Positions 48,369 through 57,557 of a DNA stretch of 64,000 nucleotides are shown piece after piece. A program made the position numbers and the translations under genes. Where the stretch lies: NCBI GenBank assembly GCA_965140585.1, contig OZ223267.1:160001-224000 (forward strand), in the 5' to 3' direction. The DNA is from Spirochaetia bacterium. Lineage in GTDB: Bacteria > Spirochaetota > Spirochaetia > UBA9216. The notes beneath the pieces are model-generated. The model saw only the letters and a program-made list of their open reading frames with translations, ran no database searches and was not told the DNA's origin. The number at the start of each line of letters is the position of its first letter. Within the stretch, counting starts at the first letter, position 1.

Positions 48369-49315
48369 TGTTTAAACCGAAACGATTATCAAAGGGAGAT
48401 TCCATTGGCATTATTTCTCCCTCCAGCCCGCCGTTCTATAGAAGTGATATAATCCGTGGAGCTGAAATGCTCGAATCATGGGGTTATAAACCGGTAATGG
48501 GTAAGAATGTTAATAAACGCTACAAATACCTTGCCGGTACTGATGAAGAAAGAGCTTCCGACATAAATGAAATGTTTTCAAGGGACGACATAGATGCAAT
48601 CTTCGTAACCCAGGGCGGCTACGGCGGTGCAAGGACACTCAAGTACCTTGATTTCGATATGATAAAAAGCAATCCGAAAATTTTTACCGGTTACAGTGAT
48701 ATCACCTCACTTCATCTTGCATTTTATAAGATGTCGGGTCTGGTTACCTTTCACGGTCCCGGCAATGACGGGTTGAATTCTGAGGAACTCTCCGATTACA
48801 CAAAGGATTATCTGTTAAAGGCTCTTACAACAAGTGAACCAATAGGTGAGATCCCGATGGCAAGCAATAAGGGGTGGGTTAACAGGATCGGCAGGGGAAA
48901 AGCCCGGGGGGAACTGATCGGAGGAAACCTTACCCTGATCTGCGGAACTCTGGGAACACCATACGAGATTGATGTGAAGGATAAAATTCTTCTTATCGAG
49001 GATGTAGACACTGAACCATGGATATTTGATCACATGCTGTCTCACATGAGTAATGCGGGAAAGCTTCAGGAGGTTGCAGGCATAGTAGTAGGTGTCTGTG
49101 AAAATTGTGTGCCCAGAAAACTTGATCCGGCTTATCACACAACATTCAGCCTTGAGGATGTGCTTGAAGACTGGCTTGCACCTCTTGGTGTACCTGTGAT
49201 TTACGGATTACCGCTGGGGCATGCAAGGGATAAGGCCACTGTACCGTTCGGGGTAACAGCGTTGATAGACGGTGATGAAGGCCGTTTCTTTATTGAAGAG
49301 TCCGGAACCCTTTGA
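48368..49315 (+). CDS. S66 peptidase (LD-carboxypeptidase/MccF family)
   Basis: QGGYG, GYSDITSL (Ser), GGNL, IED (Glu), LGH (His). Confidence 0.9.
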   Translation: MFKPKRLSKGDSIGIISPSSPPFYRSDIIRGAEMLESWGYKPVMGKNVNKRYKYLAGTDEERASDINEMFSRDDIDAIFVTQGGYGGARTLKYLDFDMIKSNPKIFTGYSDITSLHLAFYKMSGLVTFHGPGNDGLNSEELSDYTKDYLLKALTTSEPIGEIPMASNKGWVNRIGRGKARGELIGGNLTLICGTLGTPYEIDVKDKILLIEDVDTEPWIFDHMLSHMSNAGKLQEVAGIVVGVCENCVPRKLDPAYHTTFSLEDVLEDWLAPLGVPVIYGLPLGHARDKATVPFGVTALIDGDEGRFFIEESGTL

Positions 49316-49349
49316 TAATTCAAAGGATAAAAATACTAAGGGGTAGAAA

Positions 49350-50987
49350 ATGCAAAAGAGATCTATGACTTTCAAAAAGATTGCTATAGTAGCAATGATG
49401 GTTCTTTTAGCAGCAGGAGCGGTTTTCGCCGGCGGCCAAAAAGAAGGCAAACAGGTTCCGTCTGTATTAAGAATCGGCTGGGGAAGCGAGGGGGACAGTC
49501 TAAGTCCGTTTATCTGCTATACACAGGCTGGTTCAGAGATTATTCACCTGATCTATGATTCACTGCTTAACTTTGATGAGAATCTTCAGCCTGTTTCAAA
49601 CCTTGCTGAAAGCTGGGAAACCAGCGCAGATAACCTGACATGGACCTTCCATCTGAAAAAGGGAGTGAAGTGGCACGATGGGGTAGAATTTACTTCTGCA
49701 GATGTTAAATACACATATGAAAGACTGCTCGATACAGGTCTTGGCCTTTTTGCTGATTCTCTTGCCGGTATTTCGTCAATTGAATGTCCTGCTGCTGATA
49801 CTGTAATTCTGCGAACTGAAAAGCCGAAGGCTAATATGCTCATGGTAACAACTCCGATTCTTCCTGAACATATCTGGACGGATATTTCGGATGAAGATCT
49901 GGAAATATGGGAAAATGAAAGTCCTGTTGGTACAGGCCCATTCAAATTTGTTGAGTGGCAGCAGGGTGAATACCTTAAGCTTGCAGCAAACAAGGACTAT
50001 TTCGGAAAAGTTCCTGAAATCGATGAACTGGTTTTTGTGCTGTATGCGAATGCCGATACCATGGGTCAGGCAATTAAAACCGGAGAGCTCGGAGCTGCCA
50101 TCTACCTGAATGCGACCCAGATAAAAACTCTTAAGGAAGATAAGAACGTAGATGTAATTTCAGGGACAATGTTCGGATTCACTGAATTGTCTTTCAACTG
50201 TACACCCTATGAAGAATCCCTTGGTAATCCGATTCTGATGGACAAGAAAGTACGCCAGGCTATTGAGTATGCAATGGACAAAAATAATATTATTGATGTT
50301 GCCTATTCAGGCCAGGGAAATCCGGGTACTACAATAATTGTACCAGATGATTTCTGGCATTATGAACCAACTGCTGTAGAAATAAGAAATTATAACCTTG
50401 CAAAGGCAAAAGCCGTACTTGAGGAAGCAGGGTATACCGATAAGGACGGCGACGGTATCAGAGAGAATGCTGCCGGTGATAAGATGAGTTTTACACTTAC
50501 ATGCCGCTCAGACAGTACCGATGAGATCAAGGCCGGACAGATGATAGCCGGAAATCTGAAGGATGCCGGTATTGACATCACCATTGAAACTGTAGATGAC
50601 GGTCTTCTTCTTGATAAAATCTATTCATACGATTTCGATATGTTTATCTGGGGATGGGGTACCGATGTTGACCCGACAATAATTCTCAGAGTCATGAGTA
50701 CTGATCAGATCGGTAATAACAGCGACTGTAACTATTCAAACCCTGTTTATGATCAGATGCTTCTTGATCAGGCAACAATAATTGACAAGGCTGAACGACA
50801 GAAAATGGTATGGGAAATGCAGAAGATTATTTATGAGGATGCACCTTATATCGTTCTTACCTATGATATCAGCATTCAGGCTGTCCGAACTGATATGTTC
50901 ACAGGCTGGAAACAGATTCCCGAGAACGGTCCTTATATTTACAATCTAACATGGTATAACTACCTGAATGTAAAGCCTGTAAGATAA
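49350..50987 (+). CDS. Peptide ABC transporter substrate-binding protein (family 5)
   Basis: LAESWE, KWHDG.EFTSADV, PVGTGPF; spirochaete-type FAGGQKE leader. Confidence 0.9.
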   Translation: MQKRSMTFKKIAIVAMMVLLAAGAVFAGGQKEGKQVPSVLRIGWGSEGDSLSPFICYTQAGSEIIHLIYDSLLNFDENLQPVSNLAESWETSADNLTWTFHLKKGVKWHDGVEFTSADVKYTYERLLDTGLGLFADSLAGISSIECPAADTVILRTEKPKANMLMVTTPILPEHIWTDISDEDLEIWENESPVGTGPFKFVEWQQGEYLKLAANKDYFGKVPEIDELVFVLYANADTMGQAIKTGELGAAIYLNATQIKTLKEDKNVDVISGTMFGFTELSFNCTPYEESLGNPILMDKKVRQAIEYAMDKNNIIDVAYSGQGNPGTTIIVPDDFWHYEPTAVEIRNYNLAKAKAVLEEAGYTDKDGDGIRENAAGDKMSFTLTCRSDSTDEIKAGQMIAGNLKDAGIDITIETVDDGLLLDKIYSYDFDMFIWGWGTDVDPTIILRVMSTDQIGNNSDCNYSNPVYDQMLLDQATIIDKAERQKMVWEMQKIIYEDAPYIVLTYDISIQAVRTDMFTGWKQIPENGPYIYNLTWYNYLNVKPVR

Positions 50988-51064
50988 TCGCAGGCGAAGT
51001 ATTTAATAGGGTTGGAGTAATGCTTTTAGGCTTACTCCGGCCATTATTTTTTATGGAGACAGGA

Positions 51065-52033
51065 ATGAACAAAGGCTACATCCTAAGGAAGATTTTTCAA
51101 TCTCTGATAACCGTACTGGCTGTTCTGATAATAAATTATTTTCTATTCAGGGTAATCCCGGGGGATCCTATGCAGATGGTAATGAGGAATCCCAAGGCTT
51201 CACCTGAATCGATTGCTCATATCAGAAGCCTGTTCGGGCTTGATAAACCATGGTATACCCAGTTCGGAATTTATATCAGTCAGCTGTTTAAAGGGGATAT
51301 GGGTCTTTCCTTTACATTTAAAAAACCCGTTGTGGAAGTGATAGGGGCAAGGGTATTCCCGACTGTTCTTCTTGTTGGTGTTGCAGAAATTATTGCAATC
51401 ATTGTGGGAACTCTGATTGGAATAATATCGGCATGGAAGAGGGGAAAGAAAATAGATGTTATCGCTCTGAGTTTTTCACTTATTACCTATTCAATGCCGA
51501 CATTCTGGCTTGGAATTGTTCTGGTTGTAATTTTCAGTGTTCAGCTTGGTATTTTCCCGACAACCGGAATGGTAACTCCCGGAATGAGTTTCTACAGCTT
51601 TTTTGACAGGTTTTTTAATATAGGCTGGCATTCCGTCCTTCCGGTTCTTACCTTCTCACTGGTGATGATAGGTGAGTATACAATGATAATGCGGAATACT
51701 CTGATGGAAGTTCTTACCGAAGATTATATAACCACGGCGAGGGCTAAGGGATTTAAGGAAAAGTATGTAATTATGAAGCATGCTGTACCTAATGCCCTGC
51801 TGCCTATGACTACAATAATCGCTATAAACCTGGGCCTTGTAATAGGCGGAGCAATTCAGGTTGAAACAATCTTCTCCTGGCCGGGGCTTGGAAGACTCAT
51901 GTATGAGGCCCTGATAAACAGGGATTATCCTCTGCTCCAGGGAATTTTCATGCTGGTAAGCATCGCAGTAATCGGCGCAAACCTCATCGCTGATATTCTC
52001 TACAGTTATCTTGATCCGAGGGTAAAGGGATGA
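51065..52033 (+). CDS. Peptide ABC permease, DppB/OppB-like
   Basis: PGDP, GLDKP, DYITTARAKG, FSWPGLG. Confidence 0.9.
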   Translation: MNKGYILRKIFQSLITVLAVLIINYFLFRVIPGDPMQMVMRNPKASPESIAHIRSLFGLDKPWYTQFGIYISQLFKGDMGLSFTFKKPVVEVIGARVFPTVLLVGVAEIIAIIVGTLIGIISAWKRGKKIDVIALSFSLITYSMPTFWLGIVLVVIFSVQLGIFPTTGMVTPGMSFYSFFDRFFNIGWHSVLPVLTFSLVMIGEYTMIMRNTLMEVLTEDYITTARAKGFKEKYVIMKHAVPNALLPMTTIIAINLGLVIGGAIQVETIFSWPGLGRLMYEALINRDYPLLQGIFMLVSIAVIGANLIADILYSYLDPRVKG

Positions 52034-52926
52034 TGGTTGATACAAATAAGTTAAATGACAGTGGTGTTGGTATTAAAAACAGGAATAAAGACCTTCTTGA
52101 TGCCTTTTTGCAGAACCGGATGGGAATGGCAGGATTTATCATGTTTTCGTTTTTTCTGTTGATTGCTATTTTTGGACCTCTTTTTCTTCCCTACGATCCG
52201 CTTGAGTTCGGCAACGGTACCGATGTTTTTGCCGCTCCGAGTCTTGAGCATCCGCTTGGACTTGATGATATGGGAAGGGATGTAATGAGAGCTCTCATTT
52301 CCGGATCCCGGGTTTCCCTTCTGGTAGGGGTTCTTGCCACGGTTATCTCAATGATGCTCGGTACGGTAATAGGAATTGTTTCCGGATATTTCGGCGGCAA
52401 AACCGACATGCTCCTTATGCGTTTTACCGATATCTTTCTTGTTCTGCCCTGGCTGCCTCTGATGCTTGTAATAGCCGCCATACTGGGCAGTAATATCTGG
52501 AATATTATCTTTGTTATCGGTCTTACAAGCTGGTCGGGAACTGCAAGAGTAGTGCGTGCCCAGACCCTTACCGTAAAGGAGAATCAGTATGTTGAAAGGG
52601 CCAGGGCTATAGGAGCCCGACATCTACATATAATGTTCAAGCATATAATGCCGAATGTTTTCCCGCTTGTATTTGCAAATACAATACTGATTGCAGCAGT
52701 AGCTATTATATCCGAGACAACACTAAGCTTTCTCGGCATGGGAGATACACTTCGCCCAAGCTGGGGAATGATGCTTCATTTTGCGTTTGAGTCAGGGGCT
52801 TCCAGTGCCGGCGCTTTCTGGTTTCTTATTCCACCGGGAATATGCGTAATTCTTGTTGTTCTTTCGTTTACATTCCTCGGATACGCTTTTGATGAAATAC
52901 TGAATCCCAAACTGAGGCGCAGGTAG
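52030..52926 (+). CDS. Peptide ABC permease, DppC/OppC-like
   Basis: HPLGLDDMGRD, YVERARAIGA, LSFLG, SWG. Confidence 0.9.
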   Translation: MMVDTNKLNDSGVGIKNRNKDLLDAFLQNRMGMAGFIMFSFFLLIAIFGPLFLPYDPLEFGNGTDVFAAPSLEHPLGLDDMGRDVMRALISGSRVSLLVGVLATVISMMLGTVIGIVSGYFGGKTDMLLMRFTDIFLVLPWLPLMLVIAAILGSNIWNIIFVIGLTSWSGTARVVRAQTLTVKENQYVERARAIGARHLHIMFKHIMPNVFPLVFANTILIAAVAIISETTLSFLGMGDTLRPSWGMMLHFAFESGASSAGAFWFLIPPGICVILVVLSFTFLGYAFDEILNPKLRRR

Positions 52927-52930
52927 ATAC

Positions 52931-53896
52931 ATGGAATTACTTGAAATAAATAATCTTGTTACAAATTTTACTATAAAGGCCGGCCTGGTTCAGGCTGTAA
53001 ACGGCGTCAGCTTCAGTCTCGGAAAGGGAGAAACCCTTGGCGTAGTCGGAGAATCCGGTTGCGGTAAATCAACACTTGCGCTTTCGATTGCGAGGCTTCT
53101 TCCCAGGGAGGGAGAATCCACCGGAGGCGAGGTGATTCTTGACGGTACAGACCTGCTGAAACTTTCTGAAGAGGAGCTCAGGCAGAGAAGGTGGAAGGAT
53201 TTTTCTATAGTATTTCAGGGTGCGATGAATGCTCTTAATCCGGTAATGAAGGTTGGAGAACAGATAGCCGAGGTTATAATGCTTCATGAAAAATATACTC
53301 CGAAGGCCGCAAAGGAAAAGGTCATTGAGCTTTTTGAACTTGTGGAAATAGACAAGGCAAGGGTTAACAACTATCCGCATGAATTCAGCGGCGGTATGAA
53401 GCAGCGGGTAATGATTGCAATGGCACTCGCATGTTCCCCAAAACTTCTCATTGGTGATGAACCGACCACCGGTCTTGATGTAATTGTCCAGGCGCAGATA
53501 CTCGATCTGCTTCGAAGGCTGTGCAGTTCAAAAGATATGGCTTTGATTCTTATTACACATGATCTTTCTATTCTTTCAGAGATTGCTGACAAGGTTGCCG
53601 TAATGTATGCTGGAAACATCGTTGAAATAGGAAAAACCGAAGATGTTCTGCAGAAGAGCGCTCACCCGTACACCATTAAGCTGGCTGAATCGTTTCCTGA
53701 TGTTAACGGAAAACGGGAAATGGTTTCATCAATACCCGGTACCCCTCCGAATCTTATTAATCCGCCCTCCGGATGCAGGTTTCATCCCAGATGCGATTCT
53801 GCCTGCGATGTTTGCAGATCTGAGGTACCGGAATATCAGGATCTTGGAAACGGCCACTTTGTTGCCTGCCACAGCGGGTCAGGAGTTTTAAAATGA
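52931..53896 (+). CDS. Peptide ABC ATPase, DppD-like
   Basis: GESGCGKS, FSGGMKQR, GCRFHPRC. Confidence 0.9.
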   Translation: MELLEINNLVTNFTIKAGLVQAVNGVSFSLGKGETLGVVGESGCGKSTLALSIARLLPREGESTGGEVILDGTDLLKLSEEELRQRRWKDFSIVFQGAMNALNPVMKVGEQIAEVIMLHEKYTPKAAKEKVIELFELVEIDKARVNNYPHEFSGGMKQRVMIAMALACSPKLLIGDEPTTGLDVIVQAQILDLLRRLCSSKDMALILITHDLSILSEIADKVAVMYAGNIVEIGKTEDVLQKSAHPYTIKLAESFPDVNGKREMVSSIPGTPPNLINPPSGCRFHPRCDSACDVCRSEVPEYQDLGNGHFVACHSGSGVLK

Positions 53897-54897
53897 GTGC
53901 TGTAATTGAAGCTAAGGATCTTAAGATTCATTTTGATATACGGAAGAGTTTTTTCGAAGAAGTTATAAAAAACAATAAAAGCCGGGTGAAAGCGGTAGAC
54001 GGAATCAACCTTGAAATAAAAAAGGGTGAGATTGTCTCGCTGGTAGGTGAGAGCGGAAGCGGTAAAACTACACTTGGAAAGGCCTTGCTTTCGCTGGTTC
54101 CTAAAACAGACGGGACAATCCTTTTTGACGGGAATGAGATTCACGCCAAAAAAGGCCGGGAACTCTCACTTTTTAGACAGAAAGCTCAGATAATCTACCA
54201 GGACCCGTATAAGTCTCTTAACCCGAGGTATCTGATTCAGGATATAGTAGCTGAGCCGCTGGTTGTAAACAGGCTGGTAAAAACGGCTGCTGAACAGCGT
54301 GAAAGGGTTATAGAAGCCCTCACCTGGGCCGGACTCACACCGGCAGAAGATTATCTTCACAGGTTTCCGCATGAACTTAGCGGTGGACAGAGGCAGCGTG
54401 TTGCTATTGCCACCACGCTGATCATGAAACCGGAATTCATTGTTGCTGATGAACCTGTTTCTATGCTGGATGTGTCAATAAGGGCGGATATTCTGAAATT
54501 GATGGTAGGTCTTCGTGACCGCATGGGGATTTCATATCTGTTTATCACGCACGACCTGTCCCTGGCCTGGCTGATATCGGATCGGATTGCAATTATGTAT
54601 CTTGGAAAGATTGTGGAGATAGGTCCGCCAGCACTTATTGTGGGTGATTCGCTTCATCCCTATACAAGGGCACTCATTGATGTAATGCCCCATGTTAAAT
54701 CCTCAGGTAAGAGAAAAAAATCGATCCTGAAAGGTGAAACTCCAAATCCAATAAACCTTCCGTCCGGCTGCAGGTTCCATCCAAGATGCCCGGTTGCACA
54801 GGATATCTGCAGGACTCAGGAACCTGCTCTGCGAAAGATGAAGGATAATCATTTTGTCTCATGCCACCTTGCAGAATCTTTTGCGGCGGAGGGCTGA
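53893..54897 (+). CDS. Peptide ABC ATPase, DppF-like
   Basis: GESGSGKT, LSGGQRQR, DEPVSMLD. Confidence 0.9.
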   Translation: MSAVIEAKDLKIHFDIRKSFFEEVIKNNKSRVKAVDGINLEIKKGEIVSLVGESGSGKTTLGKALLSLVPKTDGTILFDGNEIHAKKGRELSLFRQKAQIIYQDPYKSLNPRYLIQDIVAEPLVVNRLVKTAAEQRERVIEALTWAGLTPAEDYLHRFPHELSGGQRQRVAIATTLIMKPEFIVADEPVSMLDVSIRADILKLMVGLRDRMGISYLFITHDLSLAWLISDRIAIMYLGKIVEIGPPALIVGDSLHPYTRALIDVMPHVKSSGKRKKSILKGETPNPINLPSGCRFHPRCPVAQDICRTQEPALRKMKDNHFVSCHLAESFAAEG

Positions 54898-54898
54898 A

Positions 54899-56071
54899 AT
54901 GGCAGGTTTGAAAGAGATTACAAATGCCGTTGAGAAATACAGGCTGGAACTTGTCGAGATGGCCGGAACCATTCACCATAATCCGGAAATCGGCGGCAAT
55001 GAGTTTATTGCCATGGAGGCAATCTGCGGTTTCCTTGAAAGGCACGGCTTCGATGATGTTCAGCGGGGTGTCGGAGAGCTGAAAACAGCATTCACAGCTG
55101 TATGTAAGGTTAACGGCGGAGGCGGACTGCGGATCGGTTTCTGTGCCGAATATGATGCCCTGCCCGAAATAGGTCATGCCTGCGGGCATAACCTGATAGG
55201 CGGCGCCAGTGTTGCCGCCGCTGTGGCCCTTGCAGAGTGCGGTGCTGATGTTCCGTTTGAGGTTGTTCTGATAGGGACTCCGGATGAAGAGATAAGCGGC
55301 GGTAAGGTCGATTTGATAAAACTTGGTATATTTGATGATATCGATGCCGCCATGATGTTTCATTCCGGCTACGGTACTTCAATTCATACCGAGTCACTTG
55401 CATGCAAAACCTGGCTGTTCGGCTACAGGGGTAGAAACGCACATGCAGCATCCGAGCCGGAAAAGGGCAGAAATGCACTGGACGGTGTAATGCTTACTTT
55501 TACCAACATTAATTACCTGAGGCAGTATCTTAGAGAGGATACGCGCATTCACGGAATAATCAAGGAAGGCGGAAAAGCCAGCAACGTAGTTCCTGATTAC
55601 GCGGTTGCCGAAATATGTATCCGTTCGAAGGACAATGATTACCTTGCATATATTGAAGAGCGCGTCATGGACTGTGCGAAAGCCGGTGCTCTCGCATCGG
55701 GGACAGAGCTTGAAGTGACCCTTTACGGCAATCCATATGATGCAATGGAAAGCAATACCGTTATGGAAGGCCTTTTCAGTGAGAGTCTTGATGAAATTGC
55801 TTATGTTGATATAGCAAGGCATACCGAAAAAACCGGTTCAATAGATATGGGAAATGTGAGCAGGGTAGTGCCTGCGATTCATCCTGTGATTTCGATTTCT
55901 GAGGATGTAGTCATAGGCCATACCCGTGAATATGCGGCTTTATGCGACACACAGAAGGCGTACAATATTATGCTTGAAGTCGGTAAGGCCCTTGCTATGA
56001 CCGGTTATAAAATTATCACAACTCCCGGAATAATTGAGCAGATAAAATCAGAGTTCATCAGCAAGGGCTGA
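54899..56071 (+). CDS. M20D amidohydrolase (PM20D2/AbgB-like)
   Basis: IHHNPE, EYDALPEIGHACGHNLI, TPDEE, GSIDMGNVS. Confidence 0.85.
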   Translation: MAGLKEITNAVEKYRLELVEMAGTIHHNPEIGGNEFIAMEAICGFLERHGFDDVQRGVGELKTAFTAVCKVNGGGGLRIGFCAEYDALPEIGHACGHNLIGGASVAAAVALAECGADVPFEVVLIGTPDEEISGGKVDLIKLGIFDDIDAAMMFHSGYGTSIHTESLACKTWLFGYRGRNAHAASEPEKGRNALDGVMLTFTNINYLRQYLREDTRIHGIIKEGGKASNVVPDYAVAEICIRSKDNDYLAYIEERVMDCAKAGALASGTELEVTLYGNPYDAMESNTVMEGLFSESLDEIAYVDIARHTEKTGSIDMGNVSRVVPAIHPVISISEDVVIGHTREYAALCDTQKAYNIMLEVGKALAMTGYKIITTPGIIEQIKSEFISKG

Positions 56072-56135
56072 GCTTTTTAGCTGAATGCCTAAGCCTTTAT
56101 GAAGATAAAAATCCGGGCATTCCGCCCGGAATATT

Positions 56136-57368
56136 TCAGATAATATCAACAGCCTCCCGGATTACTTTGACAGTATATTCCAGCTCTTCCTGAGTATGCC
56201 GGTAGCAGATGTATCCATGATGGTAAGGCTGCTGGAATACTCCGTTTCTTATCAGATAGGTATAGAAGTCGTTTCTGCGTTTTTTATATGCGGGATCAAT
56301 GTCCTTATTGAATGTGATGAATGACATGGGCGGAATGCCTGAGAGTTCAATGCCCTTTCCGGAATTTTCAAGTATCCGGTTTACCTCATTCATATACCAG
56401 GTACCCTTTTCCCAAATTCTATCGAGGATGCTGTCACGTTCAAGGATCTCGATAGTTTTTAACGCGGCAACATAGCCAAGACTGTTCGGGAAATAAGTGG
56501 AAGAGATAAAAACATCCGATTCCCCCTTTTTCATAATTTCAGATTTGCCGGTAACAGCGGCGATGGAATAGCCGTTTGCCATGGCCTTTCCGAATACAGC
56601 CATATCAGGAGTTACTCCGTAGTATTTCTGGGCTCCTCCTATACTGACTCTGAAGCCAGAGCGAACTTCATCAAAGATAAGAACCGCTCCGTATTTCCGG
56701 GCCAGTTCCTGCACGCCTTCAAGGAAGCCCTCTGCCGGTTCCTCCATATTATGTGCCAGCGGATGCCCCACTGGAGTAACTATTATAGCGGCTGTCTGAT
56801 CTCCTTGAGTTTTCATCAGATCTTCCAGGCCCTGCAGGTCGTTGTAGTGAAACTCAAATACATCCTCGTACAGTTTTGCCGGAATTCCGCCCTTCACCTC
56901 TACACACCAGTCATGCCAGCCGTGGTAACCGCAGCGCATTATCTTGTCTCTGCCGGTATAGCTTCTTGCAAGCCTCACTGCTGTTGTGGTTGCATCGGAA
57001 CCGGTTTTAACGAAGAGGCTCATCTCGGAACATGGAATTATTTCGCTGAGTTTTTCGGCAAGTTCATTCTGGTAGGACTGAGTCAGGGAAAAGCAGAACC
57101 CCTTGTCGCGTATCTGTTTTATTACAGCCTCATCAACCTCCGGTTCTCTGTACCCCAGGATGATAGGGCCGTAGGCGCACAGGTAGTCTATATATTCGTT
57201 TCCGTCGATATCGGTGATTTTACCGCCCTTTCCCTCCTCGATAAAAACAGGATATTCTCCGTCCACGAAGTTATAGGGTCTTCTTATTCCGAGAACTCCT
57301 CCGGGAATCAGTTTTTTTGCTCTTTCAAGTTCTTTGAATGATTGGGTCAGTTTTTTTTCAGGAACCAT
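56136..57368 (-). CDS. kat: 3-aminobutyryl-CoA aminotransferase (class III, HemL-like)
   Basis: PGGVLGIRRPYNFV, YHGWHDW, FDEVRSGFR, FGKAMANG, QPYHHGY resemble Cloacimonas Kat as I recall it; context beside kce/kdd. Confidence 0.8.
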   Translation of the reverse strand: MVPEKKLTQSFKELERAKKLIPGGVLGIRRPYNFVDGEYPVFIEEGKGGKITDIDGNEYIDYLCAYGPIILGYREPEVDEAVIKQIRDKGFCFSLTQSYQNELAEKLSEIIPCSEMSLFVKTGSDATTTAVRLARSYTGRDKIMRCGYHGWHDWCVEVKGGIPAKLYEDVFEFHYNDLQGLEDLMKTQGDQTAAIIVTPVGHPLAHNMEEPAEGFLEGVQELARKYGAVLIFDEVRSGFRVSIGGAQKYYGVTPDMAVFGKAMANGYSIAAVTGKSEIMKKGESDVFISSTYFPNSLGYVAALKTIEILERDSILDRIWEKGTWYMNEVNRILENSGKGIELSGIPPMSFITFNKDIDPAYKKRRNDFYTYLIRNGVFQQPYHHGYICYRHTQEELEYTVKVIREAVDII

Positions 57369-57404
57369 TATTTTTACCTCTGAATTAAATTGTACAAAAA
57401 GGAA

Positions 57405-57420
57405 TGCAGGAACTGTGCCA
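57405..57420 (-). promoter_or_regulatory. Sigma54 -24/-12 promoter of kat
   Basis: TGGCAC-AGTTC-CTGCA on the minus strand. Confidence 0.7.
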
Positions 57421-57535
57421 GAAACAGGGCTGAATTTGACAGGTTCAATCCGGGAAAAGGCTTATTTTTGGTTAAAAAGTTTGATTTTGTCTATAAAAGT
57501 CAATCAGGCTGGGCTTCTGGCAGTAAAAAAAGGGG

Positions 57536-57557
57536 GCTGATTCATTTATGAATCAGC
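57536..57557. promoter_or_regulatory. Palindromic enhancer (UAS) candidate
   Basis: GCTGATTCAT-TT-ATGAATCAGC about 120 bp upstream of the kat sigma54 promoter; half-sites recur at 58996-59036. Confidence 0.55.

Noticed and set aside
54695-55822. Minus-strand ORFs up to 222 aa
   Set aside because: Antisense to the M20D and ATPase genes; no motifs
56136-57368. hemL (glutamate-1-semialdehyde aminomutase)
   Set aside because: Lacks the PGGVNSPVR signature; context and motifs favour Kat
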